Part shown: piece after piece, positions 38,891 to 51,464 of the stretch
Layout of the letters: every line of letters begins with the position of its first letter
How positions within the stretch are numbered: position 1 is the first letter of the stretch
Source of the DNA: the human T2T-CHM13v2.0 reference genome, Homo sapiens
Assembly: GCF_009914755.1 (NCBI RefSeq)
Contig: NC_060940.1
Reading direction: 5' to 3' (one strand)
Length of the DNA: 64,000 nucleotides
Position numbers and translations under genes: made by a program
Notes under the pieces: generated by a model
The model's database searches: none
Seen by the model: only the letters and a program-made list of their open reading frames with translations
What the model was told of the DNA's origin: nothing

Positions 38891-40190
38891 TGCGATTCGG
38901 TGGCTTTTCATGCATTCACAAAGTTATGCGACCATCACCACTATCTCATTCCAGAACAGGTCATCATCCCCAAAACAAACCCCATACCCATGGAAGTTCA
39001 CCACCTGCCGTTCCCCCAGCCCCTGGCCACCCCGAGTCTACCATCTCTGCTCTTCTGGGCATTTCCTGTGAGCAGAATCATGCTGTGTTTGCCCCTTTGT
39101 GTCTGGCTTCTTCCACTCGGCCCCGTGTTTTCAAGGTTCCTCCACGTTGCTTCATGTGCTAGTGTTTCACTCCTCTTCGTGGCTGAAAAGTATATTCTGT
39201 CATGGTTTAACCGTTCACCAAATGATCAGCATCTGGGCCATTTCCACGCTGGGGCTATGGTGAGTAGTGCCGCTATGAACGTTCACACCTGGTATGGTTT
39301 GGCTGTGTCCCCAACCAAATCTCATCTTAAATGGTGGCTCCCACCATTCCCGCATGTGGCAGGAAGGACCCAGCAGGAGGTAACTGAATCATGGGGGCGG
39401 GCCTTTCCCATGCTGTTCTCATGACAGTGAATAAGTCTCATGAGATCTGATGGTTTTATAGGGGAGCTCCCCTGCACAAGCTCTCTCTTGCCTCCTGCCA
39501 TGTAAGATGTCCCTTGCTCTTCCGCCATGATAGTGAGGCCTCCTCAGCCCTGTGGAACTGAATGCATTAAACCTCTTTCCTTTATAAATTACCCAGTCTC
39601 GGGTATGTCTTTATCAGCAGTGTGAGAACGGACTAATACAACACCCAAGTGTTTGCACGGACGTGTTTTCAATTCTGCTGAGTTTATACCTAGTGGTACA
39701 GGGTCCCAGCGTCACTCTCTGATTGTCTTTTTGAGGAAGTGCCAGGCTGCTCCTCATTTTGCATCCCCATTTGCAAGGCACGAGGACTCTGGTCCTCTGC
39801 ATCCTCAGCAGCAAGCATCACTGCACATCTTTAGTTCTGGCCACCCCACGGGCGTCAGGGGCAGCTCGCCGCAGCTGTGACGCACGTTTCCCTGGTGGCT
39901 GATGGTGTCAGGCATCTCTCCATGTGCGTTGGAGAAGCCCACTCAGATACACGGCCTCTGCTTTAATGGGGTTGTCTGGCTTTTTGTTGTTGAGTTGTGC
40001 GTGCTCTGTGTATATGCTGGACACTAAACCCTTCTCAGATGGACGGTTTGCCAAAATTTTCTCCTGCTTTGTGACCTGCCTTTCACTTTCTCAATGGTGT
40101 CCTTTGAAACACAAATGTTTTTAGCTTATGAGGATCCACTTTCTCTATTTTTCCTCTGGTTGCTGTGCTTTCGGTGACACATCTACGAAA
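38890..40190 (-). mobile_element. L1MB 3' UTR/ORF2 fragment, interrupted by THE1
   Basis: ATTCACAAAGTTATGCGACCATCACCACTATCTCATTCCAGAAC; GTCTGGCTTCTTCCACTC; AAATTTTCTCC. Confidence 0.8.
39290..39640 (+). mobile_element. THE1 solo LTR nested in L1, perfect ACACC TSD
   Basis: TGGTATGGTTTGGCTGTGTCCCC...GGACTAATACA flanked by ACACC at 39285 and 39641. Confidence 0.93.
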
Positions 40191-40303
40191 AGTGCTGTCA
40201 CTTGGCCAGCGGTTCCTAACTTCGCTTTCTCACAGTGCCCCAAGACATCCCATGGCCCATGGGCAAACTTCCTCTTAATGCGCAATGCAACCCTCCAGCG
40301 CTG

Positions 40304-40391
40304 CCAATCGCCTGGGGAGAGACCCTCCGGCGCCTCCAATCGCCTGGGGAGAGACCCTCCGGCGCCTCCAATCGCCTGGGGAGAGACCCTC
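40304..40391. repeat. Short 32 bp tandem repeat (CCAATCGCCTGGGGAGAGACCCTCCGGCGCCT) x ~2.7
   Basis: CCAATCG at 40304, 40336, 40368. Confidence 0.95.
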
Positions 40392-40767
40392 TGGCTCCCG
40401 GAAGGCAGGGGTCCCATGGGTGGGGAGCTGCTGACTGTAGTGCAGTACCCAGCGGTGGTCCTGAGCTGGGTCCAGGCTGCGGGATAGTGCTCTGTGGTTG
40501 ATTAGCAATGTCTGCCCTGGCAAGAGAGGAGTCTGCCCCCTGCAGGCCACCCCCGGCTCCTGACTCTCCAGGCTGATCATCACTGTGCCCTGGTCGACTT
40601 GATGAGGAGAGGTGGCCTCGGGTGATGCACTGAGGCTCCACGCCCCCAGGGTGTGTTTGCCCCGCACAAGTATTGGGCCGTCTGTAGAGACTGTCTCCTG
40701 AGAACCACAGAGCCCCCAAGCCATCTTGTGCTGTCACCAAGGAAGAAACACGGAGGCCAGAGGCCTC

Positions 40768-41163
40768 TGCTGGGTGAACATTGCCCCCAAACCCATGTCC
40801 ACCCACAACCTGTGAACATGGCCTGCTTTACAGACAGGGCCTTTGCAGGTGCAATTAGTTAAGATGAGATCAGGCTGGTGTCCTTATCAGAAGGGGGGAT
40901 ATGGGCAGACACACAGAGGAAGGGCAGGGCCACAGCAGAGATGGAGGCTGTGGCGATACAGGCACAGGCCACAGGCCAAGAGCGTCACAGAAGCCAGCAT
41001 CCCCCAGAAGCAGGGAGGGGCAGCAGGGACCCTCCTGGAGCCTCAGGAGGAGCGTGGCCCTGCAACGCCTTGGTTTCAGGCTTCTGTATGGAGAGAACAT
41101 TTGTCTCTTTTTGAAGTTCCCCAGTTTATGGCACTTTGTTCTGGAAGCCCCAGAGAACCCACA
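40768..41163 (+). mobile_element. MLT1B/C-like LTR
   Basis: GGGCCTTTGCAGGTGCAATTAGTTAAGATGAGATCA; GGAGCGTGGCCCTGC..CCTTGGTTTCAG; CAGTTTATGGCACTTTGTT. Confidence 0.75.
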
Positions 41164-41321
41164 TCACACTTGATAGTGTGCGTTCACTGCACAGCAGGGC
41201 TGCCTGAGCTGGACTCCCCAGGGCTGCTGCGTCCTGGAGGGGGCGTGCCTGCCTGAGCAGAGAAGTCACTCAGGTGCACTCCCAGAACTAGGAGGGCCAC
41301 TGGAGCGAGAGTGGGAGCCAG

Positions 41322-42057
41322 GGAGGACAGGGTGGCAGGGGGACATGGGGACAGGGTGGCAGGGGGATGTGGGGACAGGATGGCAGGGTGATCGGGGATA
41401 GGATAGCAGGGGATAGGATAGCAGGTGGCAGGGGGACAGACTGGCAGGGGAATGGGGGACAGGATGGCGGGGGATGGGGGACATGGTAGCAGAGGGATGG
41501 GGGACATGGTGGCAGGGGGATGGGGAACATGGTGGCAGGGGGATGGGGACATGGTGGCAGGGGGATGGGGGACAGGATGGCAGGGGGACGGGGGACATGG
41601 TGGCAGGGGAAGGGGGACATGGTGGCAGGGGGATGGGGACATGGTGGCAGGGGGATGGGGACATGGTGGCAGGGAGATGGGGGACATGGCAGGGGGATGG
41701 CGACAGGATGGCAGGGGGATGGGGGACAGGATGGCAGGGGGATGGAGGACATAGTGGCAGGGGGATGGGGATGGTGGCAGGGGGATGGGGGACATGGTGG
41801 CAGGAGGATGGGGGACGTGGCAGGGGGATGGGGGACATGGCAGAGGGATGGGGAGACAGGATGGCAGAGGGAGGGGGGACATGGCAAGGGGATGAGGAGA
41901 CAGGATGGCAGGGGGGTGGGGGACAGACTGGCAGGGGGACGGGGGGACATAGTGGCAGGGGGATGGGGGGACATGGTGGCAGGGGGACGAGGGGGCAGGA
42001 TGGCAGGGGGATGGGGAACATGGTGGCAGGAGGTCGGGGGACAGAGTGGCAGGGGGC
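41322..42057. repeat. G-rich degenerate minisatellite, ~21-24 bp unit (GGGGGATGGGGACATGGTGGCA), ~30 copies
   Basis: Seen directly; dense G4-G6 runs. Confidence 0.95.
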
Positions 42058-42449
42058 AAAGCCCAGGTGCTTCACGGGGTGGCACAGTGTTGGGGACAGG
42101 GCCACCCCTGCAGAGGGGAGCGAGTGGGCGGGCCTCTTTACTAAGATACAAACCTTGGTCATCTTCTGAGCATGCAGGGGACAGGTGCAATATTTTTAAG
42201 CAAGAGCAGTGCCAAGTCTGAGCCACAGACACCAGTCCTCTCTCTAAAGTGAGTCAGCAAGCAAACAGCCCCCTCACCACCCCTTCTTCTCCTACCCCAG
42301 CAGACATGGCTGAGCCGGCACAGAGGTGCCTCCCCTGCACGGCAGTCCAGGCCGGCACGGCAGCTGAAGGAGTTCACCTGCAGAGCGGGGGGAGCCTGTT
42401 GTTCAGGCACACAGCACCTCATAGGTGGGAGTGAGCCACGTGTACCAAA

Positions 42450-42680
42450 CTAGGTGTTGTCATGGGCCAGGTGTCAAAGGCCAGGTGACATGAACAGGTA
42501 TAATGGACCAGGTATCAAAGGCCAGTTATCATAAGCCAGATGTCATGCGTCAGGTGACATGAACAGGTGTCATGGGCCAGGCATCACAGGTCAGGCATCA
42601 CAGACTAGGTATAAAGGGCCAGGTATAATGAACCAGGTGACATAGGCCAGACATCACGGGTCAGGTGTCATGGGTCAGGC
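42450..42680. repeat. Degenerate short-period repeat (CCAGGTGTCATGGG / CAGGTGACATGAA)
   Basis: CAGGT motif recurs at ~13-15 bp spacing. Confidence 0.75.
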
Positions 42681-45409
42681 CCACAAGAAGTTCTCGAAGC
42701 TTTGATAGGACTGGGGAGTGCTGGGCTTTGCAGCCAGAAAGTCTCCCAGGGAGGGTGCTGCCCAGCCCCACAGAGCTGAGGCCCAGAGGGAGGAAGGAAC
42801 AACAGTGCAGGGCGGCGCAGCTCAACAGCCGGGAGCACAGAGGAGGCAGGTGCGTGGGGAGGAGTCCCGCTGGAACAGAATCCGCCTGCCTGGGCTGGGA
42901 ATCAGCAGAGGGGAGGGTGGGTCAGAGGGGAGGGTGGGGCAGAGGGGAGGGAGAGGGTGATGCACAGAGAGGAGTTTACAGGCAGAGGTGTCGGGCAGAG
43001 CCACCCTGAGGGACCGTGAGAGGACTTGGGATGAGGACCTGCTAGGAGAGCCCGGGGGCCTAGCGGGGAGGAGGGCCTCGCAGAGAGCCCTGGGGGCTGG
43101 GGTAGCGAGGACCCTGCAGAGAGAGCCCGGGGCCTGGGCAAAGCGGTCCAGGCTGGCGTCTGGCTGGCAGCCCTCGCAGAGCTCCTGGCCCCCTCCTGAG
43201 CCACCTGAGCACCTCGTCTTCCCCCAGAGGTTCAGACCTCTCCTGTGAAGGTCCGGTAGTAAATCTCTCAGGCCTTGCGGGCCACACGTGGTCTCTGTCA
43301 CACATCTCTACCTATTTTGTACAATCCTGTAAACGTGTAGAAGCCCTTCTTAGCTCACAGGCTGGGCAACACCAGGTCTTGGGGTGTCCCTGTTCAATGC
43401 CCGCCTGGTGCACTGAATGCTGGGGGCCTGTACAGGGCCAGCCCCTCAGTCTATTCTCCAGGGCCCAGGAGGCGCGTGGGCCAGGGCCTCCCACTGGGAA
43501 CATGCGTTTGGAATCTTGCTCCTGGTGGCTGCTGGGACTCAGTTTCCCCTGCTGGGACGTGCTAGGCAGCGTGGGGCAGGGCGGGCCACTGTTGTGATCT
43601 CTCACCTGGGGGACTCATTCTGGGCCACCCTCCAGGTTTCCCAGGTCAAGCCGTCCTCCCCAGCTCTCTGACGTAATCCCAATTTCCTTTCGCATTGACT
43701 CTCAAGCCGTGCCCCAGAAAGCAGGCACCTGGGTTCCTAGCCATCCTAACTCCCGCACGGCTCACGGCTGGGACGGAGCCAGGGTGGCAGCAGGCAGGCC
43801 CTGCACACCTGCAGGTGGACTGGGTATCTCGGTTTTGCCATCTGCGGGGGCATGGATGCATGCTCCCTGAGGCAGGCGGTGCAGCGTCCACAGACTGGGG
43901 GTGGGGTTCAGATGAGCCAGGAAGGGTGTGCAGGGGAGGATGGCTGGGGGCTGCCATGCCCAGTGGGGGCTGGGCGGGTGACTGGATGAGCCTGAAGGAC
44001 TTGGGGACCAAGGTCATGATGGGTCCAGGGCCAGGGCGAGAGCATCACCAAGGGCGCTGGCCATCTGGGAAGGCCGTGAGAAGGAGCTGTGCAGGTGTCG
44101 GGGCGGCCAGCATTGATGTGTGGACTTCGAGGTGCCCAGCTGGGGAAGCAGAATGGGGCTTTGGGCATCATAGCAGGTGGCAGCTCCAGCCAACAGGGTC
44201 CCAGGTGAGGCAAGCAGCAACATGTGCAGGGCGGGGCGGGGCTGGCTGGGGACGAAGAAGGCCGGTGGGAGAGGCCGGGCAGGGGCTGAGGAGGCGCTGC
44301 GACAGGGGTCTCCAGCCCTTCGCCCCCCAGCACCTCGCAGGTCTGGGCTCGGTCTCCACCTTGTCACTGCTGGGAAGGTGACTCGAGAGATTTACCCAAA
44401 GTGACCAGGGAGCTCAGTGTGGGGGTCCAGGCTGGGACTTGAGTCTCTGCCTCCCCTCCTGCCTGCATCTCTCATGTTCCTGGAGCTCCAGGAACCTCAG
44501 GAAGATCTCATGGGGGAGGCCAAATGTCCTCTCCCAGCAGCCCAGTTCCCTGTGCCCCGCTCATGGCCGAACCTGGATGGAGCCTCAGAATCCTCCTCAG
44601 CTCCCCACTCCAATGGCCACTGAGGGTCAGAGAGGATGATCGGGGAAAGCTGCTTCTGCTCTGATGCACGGTGGGGGCCCACTGCCCTGCACTCAGGTAG
44701 GACATCACTGCCCCACCTCCTGTGGTCCCGCAGCCCCTTCCTTTGCTCAGCCTCTCGGACCTCCTGCCAGGGCCCGTCATGCAGAGGCGGCTCTGAGCAG
44801 TGAGCCTTTTCCCTGTAACTTGGGGACAGACCATGGGGGGACTGAGGCTGTGCCAGCAGGCGGTGGGCCTGCTTCTTTTCAAGGTGGCATCTGTTCTCCG
44901 TTGGGCCAGGTGGGAGAACGTGCATAAGTGTAAGACTCTAGCAGCCGCCTGATGCCAGCGTAGGGCGATGCCTGTCAATGACGCCAGCATAGGGCGATAC
45001 CCGTCAAGCCCTTGTCGGGACCCAGTTGCAGGACATCATGTGTATTTGGGTGGTGGGTCCCTGTGGGAGGTAACCCTCCCTCACCTGGAGGGGCACAGGG
45101 GCAGCAAGGCTGGGCTCAAGTCCTTCATGGCCACTGGATGAGCTTTGTGGGCAACTGCTGAGCTCCACGTGGTCCACAGGCAAAGCAGCGGGCAGATAGC
45201 ACACGGGGACTGAGAAGCATAGGCATCCTGTCTCACACCCCTTGTGGTCCATAGGCAAAGCAGCGGGAACATAGCACATGGGGACTGAGAAGCACAGGCA
45301 TCCTGTCTCACACCTCTCATGCTCCTGGGTCCGTGGTAGCCCACCCTGCACTTGCTCTCCTGGACCTCCGTCCAGAGCTCAGGGCCACGGCTGAGATGGC
45401 ATCCGGTGA

Positions 45410-46620
45410 CAAAGTAAACATGGTATGGGGTTGTATGGGGTTAAAATCCCAAGGATAGAATAAACATCCACGAGCCCACAGTAACATAAAGTATCGAATG
45501 GATGAAATAAATAAATGGGGAAGAAAAGACACATCCCTCCCAAACAATGTACATAGACGCTTGCCCAGGAAGTAGCACAGAGCCGCCCGCCCACATGCAG
45601 CCTGCCCATCGTGACTTCTTCCTAAGAGCAGAGTGTGTGTCTTAGTCCATTTCTGCTGCTGTAGCTGAATCCCTGAGCCTGGGTAGTTTATAAAGGAAAG
45701 AAGTTTATTTCCCAGGGTTCTGGAGACTGGGAAGTCCAAGGTCGAGCGGCTGCCTCTGCTAAGGGCCTTCTTGCTGGTGGGGACTCTGCAGCATCTGAGG
45801 CAGCACAGGGCATCCATGGCAAGGGGGCTGAGCCTGGTGGCTCAGGTCTCTCTTCTCCTTCTTATGAAGCCACTAGTCCCACTCCTGTAATAACCCATGA
45901 ATCCATGAATGGATTAATCCATTCATGAGGGCAGAGCCCTCTAATCACCTCTTAAAGGCCCCACCTCTCAAGACTGCCACAATATGGATTGAATTTCAAC
46001 ATGAGTTTTGCAGGGGACAAATATTCAAACCATGGCAATATGGGGAGATGGAAAGAGAGGGACTGCACAGTGGAGATGCTGACAAACACGACCTCGGCCA
46101 GGAGGTCAAGGTCATCCTTGACCATCATGAGTCCTTTTGATGGTGTGGATCCTGGACGGGACATGATCAGATGGGCACTTCACCCCTGGGGTCTCTGTCC
46201 CAAAAACCCATAACCCTCGTCTAATCATGAGAAAAACAGCAGAGAGTCTCAACAGGGAGAGACTCTACAAAACACCTGAGCGGTCCTCACAACGGTCAAG
46301 GTCATCAAAAACAAGGAGGGTCTGAGAATTTGTCACGGCCCAGAGGAGCCGAAGGAGACACGAGGATCCTGGATGGGATCCTGGGGCAGAGAAAGGGCAT
46401 GGGGGGAGAAGAGGCGATGGGGGGGCGGGTTCCGAACAAAGCGTGGACTTCAGTTCATACCAACGTGTCGATGCTGGTTCCTTAGTTCTTGCTGGTGTCC
46501 ACAGTGATGTGAGATGTTAACGGCAGGGGACCCTAAGTGAGGGGTGGACACAAACTCTCCATGCTGTCTTTGCAACCTTCATGTACATCTTCAACTGTTC
46601 TGAAATTAAGAGTTTATTGA
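45410..46620 (+). mobile_element. L1MC (MC3/MC4-like) 3' UTR, interrupted by MST
   Basis: AAACCCATAACCC.GTCTAATCATGAGAAAA; GTCAAGGTCATCAAAAACAAGGA; TCCTGGATGGGATCCTGG; TCTTTGCAAC...AGTTTATT end. Confidence 0.8.
45638..46037 (-). mobile_element. MST (MSTB/MSTD-like) solo LTR
   Basis: TGTCTTAGTCCATTT...GGGAAGTCCAAGGTC...CACCTCTTAAAGGCCCCACCTC...ATTCAAACCATGGCA. Confidence 0.88.
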
Positions 46621-47439
46621 AGAGCCATTGGGCTGGGTTGCAGTGCTGGGCACAGGGCCTGAGGCAGGTGCTCTGCAGAGTGAAAGTCCCCATGGGCTTC
46701 TGGCAGGGATGGGGTCAGTGTGAAGAGGGGCACATTGCACTGGGGGCCGGGACAGCCAGCTGTGTTTTGGCCCTGCCTCTGCTGCTGTGCACCCTCAGGC
46801 GGTGCCCGGGCCCTCTCTGGGCCTGTGACCACAGCTGTGCAAAGAGCGTGGGAAGCAGCTCTGCATATGGCCATGGTGGACCCAGGATGCAGCCGGAAGG
46901 TCCCCCAAAGTGCCTGGGTTCCTGGGAGGGGCCGCTATGGGTGTGTGCCCCGTGTCCCAGAGGCGAGACCGGGTCGGAACCCGAGTCTCCTCCCCAAACC
47001 ACCACATTGGCTCTGGGTCCCGCGTGTCGAACCCGTCAGGTCGCCCTGCCTCCATCACCCGGCCTCTGGGATTTCCTGCAACCTTCCAGGTGTCAAGCGT
47101 GTGGCCCCGACATCCCTGACAATGTTGTACATCCATCACAGAAGTCGCCCTGACTTGGGGTTTGGCTGGTCAGGCCCAGAGCCCTACAGCAGGTTCTAGA
47201 AGGGCCTGAGAAGACCAGTCACCTCCTCCTCACCCGTTGTAAAGGTGACGTGAGCCTGGGATGGGGGGAGTGGATCCCGAGGTCATAGGGCATGTTGCTG
47301 ACAGAGCCTGAATTGTCCAGCCAGCCCCCTCCCGGGCACCCAGGCCAGATGCTCCATTTCCATCCTTGCTCTTGAGTCCAAAAGGAGACCCTGGCATGGC
47401 GCCATCCACGCACACCTCGTGTGACCGTGGGACAGCTCT

Positions 47440-47600
47440 GTGCCTGTGCTGGCAACAAGCTGCCACCACACACAGGGCTTCTGAGCACCTGAGGCCTGGG
47501 TAGTGGTATCAAAAAACCAGATTTTTAATTGTACCTAATTTCAATTAACTTAAATGTAAGCAGCTCCGTGTGGCCCAGGGCTTCCTTATGGGACGGCACA
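47440..47600 (+). mobile_element. MER3-like hAT-Charlie fragment
   Basis: CTGAGCACCTGA...ATTTTTAATTGTACCTAATTTCAATTAACTTAAAT...GTGTGGC...TGGGACGGCACAG. Confidence 0.6.
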
Positions 47601-48667
47601 GCCATGATGGCTACACACGCAAACGTTGGGTAGGTGACACCAGGAGCATGGGATCTGCACCAGGGCCCCTCTGTGGTCACTCACCATGAGATGTGGGCAC
47701 GTCACTGCCCTCTGTAAGACGAGAGGCCTCTGCAGGCTGGCATGGCAGAACCCACACCTGGGCAGCTGTCCCCTCTGCCCGTGGGGTCGCCACGGGGTCC
47801 ATTTCACACAAGCCCAGAGGGAGCCTCTGGCTCACCATGCAGGGAAGGGCGCTTTCCAAAGCCTTGCCTGCTTCCACCAAAACACTGGCTCCAGCTCTCC
47901 TCACGTGGATGGAACTCCCCCGGCCTGGAAGAAGGAGGGTTTTACGAGAGTCAGCTTTTCATAGGGGAGAATGCTTGCCAGCCCGCCCGCCAGGCCCCAC
48001 CGAGGCTGCCAGAGGTGACCTTCAGGCTTCAGCAACTCTGCCCTTCATCCAGAAGGATCTAGACCTGCTCCCTCGTCGAATATCACTACAATGACCTGGC
48101 ATCGCATCACCCTGGAAGGACCAGAGGAAAATGGCGCCATCTGTTCCCATTATTCTTGGCGGGGGCAGGAGCGTGAGAGGTGGGGCTCTGGACCGGGTCA
48201 GGCTGTGAGCACACCACTCAGATTTCTGGCTAAAGTGCTGAACTTCACAGCCGAGAGCATTACAAAAGAATTTTTATTCCTTTCCTACTCTTCCTCCGTG
48301 GGTGCCCGACAGATATCTCCAGGGATGGGAGTTCTCGGCTCCATCCCAGGCCCGATTCTCCAGTGGTTTCCAGGATGTGGGGACGGCCGGTGCAGGCTGC
48401 TGGGTGAGGGAGAAGCATGGTCTCTGGCCCGTTCATCTCGGGAGAACCTCTGCTGACCACGAGGCCCTGCGAGTGTGCTGGGGACCCAGCTACGCTTGTC
48501 CACTAATCACCAAAACAGACCCCGGCTCCTGGCAGAACTCGCTGGGAAACTCCAGGTCGGCTGCCCGGAGCCCCTCCCTCCCAGCCCTGGCCTGGACCTG
48601 CACATGCAGCTCCCATGCCACCTCAAAGCCACAGAGCAAACCCTACAGCAGGACCGTTGCTCCTACT

Positions 48668-48893
48668 CTTATTTACTTTTATTTTTTTTATTTTTTAGAG
48701 ACAGGGTCTCGCGCTGTTGCCCAGGCTGGAGTGCAGTGGCACGATGTTGGCTCACCGCGGCCTGAACCTCCAGGCTCAAGCAATCCTCCTGCCTCTGCCT
48801 CCCGAGTAGCTGGGACTACAGGTGCGCACCACCACACCTGGCTAATTTTTTAATTTTTGTAGTGATGGAGTCTCGCTATGTTGCCCAGGCTGG
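48668..48893 (-). mobile_element. 5'-truncated AluJ
   Basis: AGAGACAGGGTCTCGC, GGCTCAAGCAATCCTCC, TCTCGCTATGTTGCCCAGGCTGG (J diagnostics). Confidence 0.9.
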
Positions 48894-49396
48894 ACCTGTT
48901 CCTTCCTTTAAGAGGAAGTGGGGAGATGGGCGGCCCTGTGTGTGCGTCCCAAGCTGCTCAGGCAGCGAGCTGGCCCTGGACCTGCCCACTGCTGGACTTT
49001 CAGGTTCCCATTGTGTCCACGCTGCCACATCCTCCCTCAGACTTTCTTCAGAACCACAGAATGAAAATCGGCAGCCGGGAAGAACCAGCTGGCCTGGCCA
49101 CCCTCGGGAGAAGGCCCTCGTTCCCAGGAGAGGCACACTGAGGTATTTAGCAAGAAATGTCATTCCTGCTGGTTCTGGGGGGAAGTAAGATAAATTCACA
49201 GGGAAAGAGCAGAAATGTGGTAATGTGTGAACAGGCCGTACGGCTGAGCTTGGGCGGTCTCAGCATGGTGTCACCTGTGTTGGTTTTGCTTCCCTGGGAG
49301 CAGGATGCCGGCCCTACCTCCTTCCCACCAAGCTGGGGACCCACACCTATGAGGCAATGCAGGAGGCCCCTGAACCTTTGGACGAGTGAGATCCCA

Positions 49397-49788
49397 TGTT
49401 TTGGCTACATTCGATCCCCCAAAAGACGTCAGGGCCCCACCCCCACACCCGTGCACGGGCCCTTCTTTGGAAATAGGGGCTTTGCAGATGCTCAAGTGAA
49501 GACATGGTCATTAGGCCGGGTCCTAATTCACTAGCACTGTTATTCAAAGGTGAGATTTCCACTGAGCCGCGGGCACACCCAGAGAGACGGTCACACGTAG
49601 ACACCCGGAGGAGACAGTGTCGCCAAGCCCAGGAGAGAGGCCCGGAGCAGACCCTCCCTCCTGACATCCGCAGGAACCAGCCCCACCATCTTCACTTTGG
49701 ACTTCCAGCCTCCAGAACTGTGACGATAAACTCCCGTTTTAACCACACCATCTGTGATACTTGGTTATCATGGCCCCAGGAAACCCAT
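49397..49788 (+). mobile_element. MLT1A/B LTR
   Basis: TTTGGAAATAGGGGCTTTGCAGATG; AAGCCCAGGAGAGAGGCC; TTGGACTTCCAGCCTCCAGAACTGTGA. Confidence 0.8.
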
Positions 49789-50329
49789 CTGCCCCACATC
49801 CACCCCGATGTGAAGAACTGTGGGGAAGGCGGGGCCAGTCTCCTCCAATCACAGTGAAGAACCTGCACCTCACCCCTGCCTCTGGTCCTCCCATCTTCGC
49901 CTTTCCAGCCTTGGCTCAAATTCACCCCAAAGGCGTCTCAAGTCCTGGGCCACGCCCAGCACCCACCCGCCTCCTGGGACCATTGGATGTGTTTGGGCCT
50001 CCCAGGAAGATAGCAGAGTCCTGTGAGAGGTGTGCAGGGTACAGCTGGAGTAGGGGTGCCCCATGACCCCTGAGGAGGAGGATCTCAGACCAGGCAGGGC
50101 AGGGCTCTTCCCAGAGAGCTCCGCCAGGTGTCAGGAGCCCAGAGGCCCAAACGGTCTACCCTGCACCCCCACGTCCTCCTCGCTGTGGAAGCCTGGTGGG
50201 CGGAGCATGGTCGTGGTGGGCCAGGGACAGCAGCGGGTCGGAGCCTGAGTCTTCTGGGCTGGCCCACCTGCCCCTTCGCATCTGTGTGCGTCCCCTGGGG
50301 CTTCCCTGACAGCAGCAGCAGAAGCGATC

Positions 50330-50660
50330 CTTTCAGAGCTCTGGGGCCGGAAGTGCAAAGTCAAGGTGGCTCAGGGCCGCCTTCCTGCCTCTTCTGGCTC
50401 CTGGTGGCTGCGGGAGCTCCCTGACTTGTGGCCACATTGCTGCTGTCCCTGCCTCTGGCTTCACACTGCTGTCTCCCCTGTGCGTGCCTCTCGTTTCCCT
50501 GTCCTTGTAGGGACACCCATCATAAGATTCAGGGCCCCACCCCACTCCTGTGCGAACCCAGCTCCATGACACCAGAAAAGACTCTGGCTTCAAATAAGGC
50601 CACACCAACAGGTCCCCAGGGTTGGGACATGGGCATATCCCTCAGGGGCCACCATTGCAC
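50330..50660 (-). mobile_element. MLT1B/C LTR fragment
   Basis: CTGCCTCTTCTGGCTCCTGGTGGCTGC; CCTTGTAGGGACACC; TCAAATAAGGCCACA. Confidence 0.7.
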
Positions 50661-51464
50661 CTGCCTCAAGACCCCGCCACCCTCAGCCCCAGAACTGGGA
50701 TGACCTGCTGATTTGCCCACACGGGGGAGCTGTACAGGGAGTGGGGGTCCAACAGTGTCCCAGTGGACCGGGTCAAACAGGTGAGGGACAGCACTGACCA
50801 GGGCCAGCCCAGGCCCTGCCCAGACCCCTGCCGTGAGACGTGGGGACCTCCTGAGGTGCCATTTGGGGGCTGGGACCTGGGTTGGATCCGGGGAGCCTGC
50901 CTCAGCCGCCCCACTGCCCTGGGACCCCAACTCTCCAGGTGAAGAGTTGAAGAAGACCTGTCGTCTCCTTCTTGAGGCCCCTGGGGCTGTCGGGGGAATG
51001 GTCACACAGGACCCCACAGGCACTCGGCATCACGCGTGGGCATGTATGTGTGTGCCTGCGTGTGTGTGGTGCACACAGCCGCTCTCCCGGGACAGGGTAG
51101 GGCTCACCACAGCCCCCACAGCCAGTCCTGAGCTGGGGACAGCATACGAGTCCTCGGCCCCTGCCTCCCACGCAGGCCCCAAGCCGACTGCGGCCTCTCT
51201 GACCATTTCCATCGCTTTACTCGGAAAGATCCACAGGCCAGCATGGCTCTGGGCGGGAGGCAGGAGGCTTCCAGCAACCTGGAAAAAGAAGCAAGCAGCC
51301 ACTCGTCCCCCCTCACCAGCACCTCGGTTCCAGACACCCAGGCCGGTGCAGCCTTCCCCGACGGAGCAGGAAACTGAGGCCATGAGAGACAGACGGAGGC
51401 TTCACAGCCAAGAGGGCTGAGCGAGGCTCTACACGCACAGGTGACCTTCAGGTAGCAGCGAACA

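Noticed and set aside
28199-39640. Two same-orientation THE1 LTRs as ends of one provirus
   Set aside because: Each has its own TSD, they differ in subfamily-type sequence, and no MaLR internal region lies between them
45905-45928. 24 bp perfect palindrome CATGAATGGATTAATCCATTCATG
   Set aside because: Lies within the MST LTR and appears to be consensus-derived
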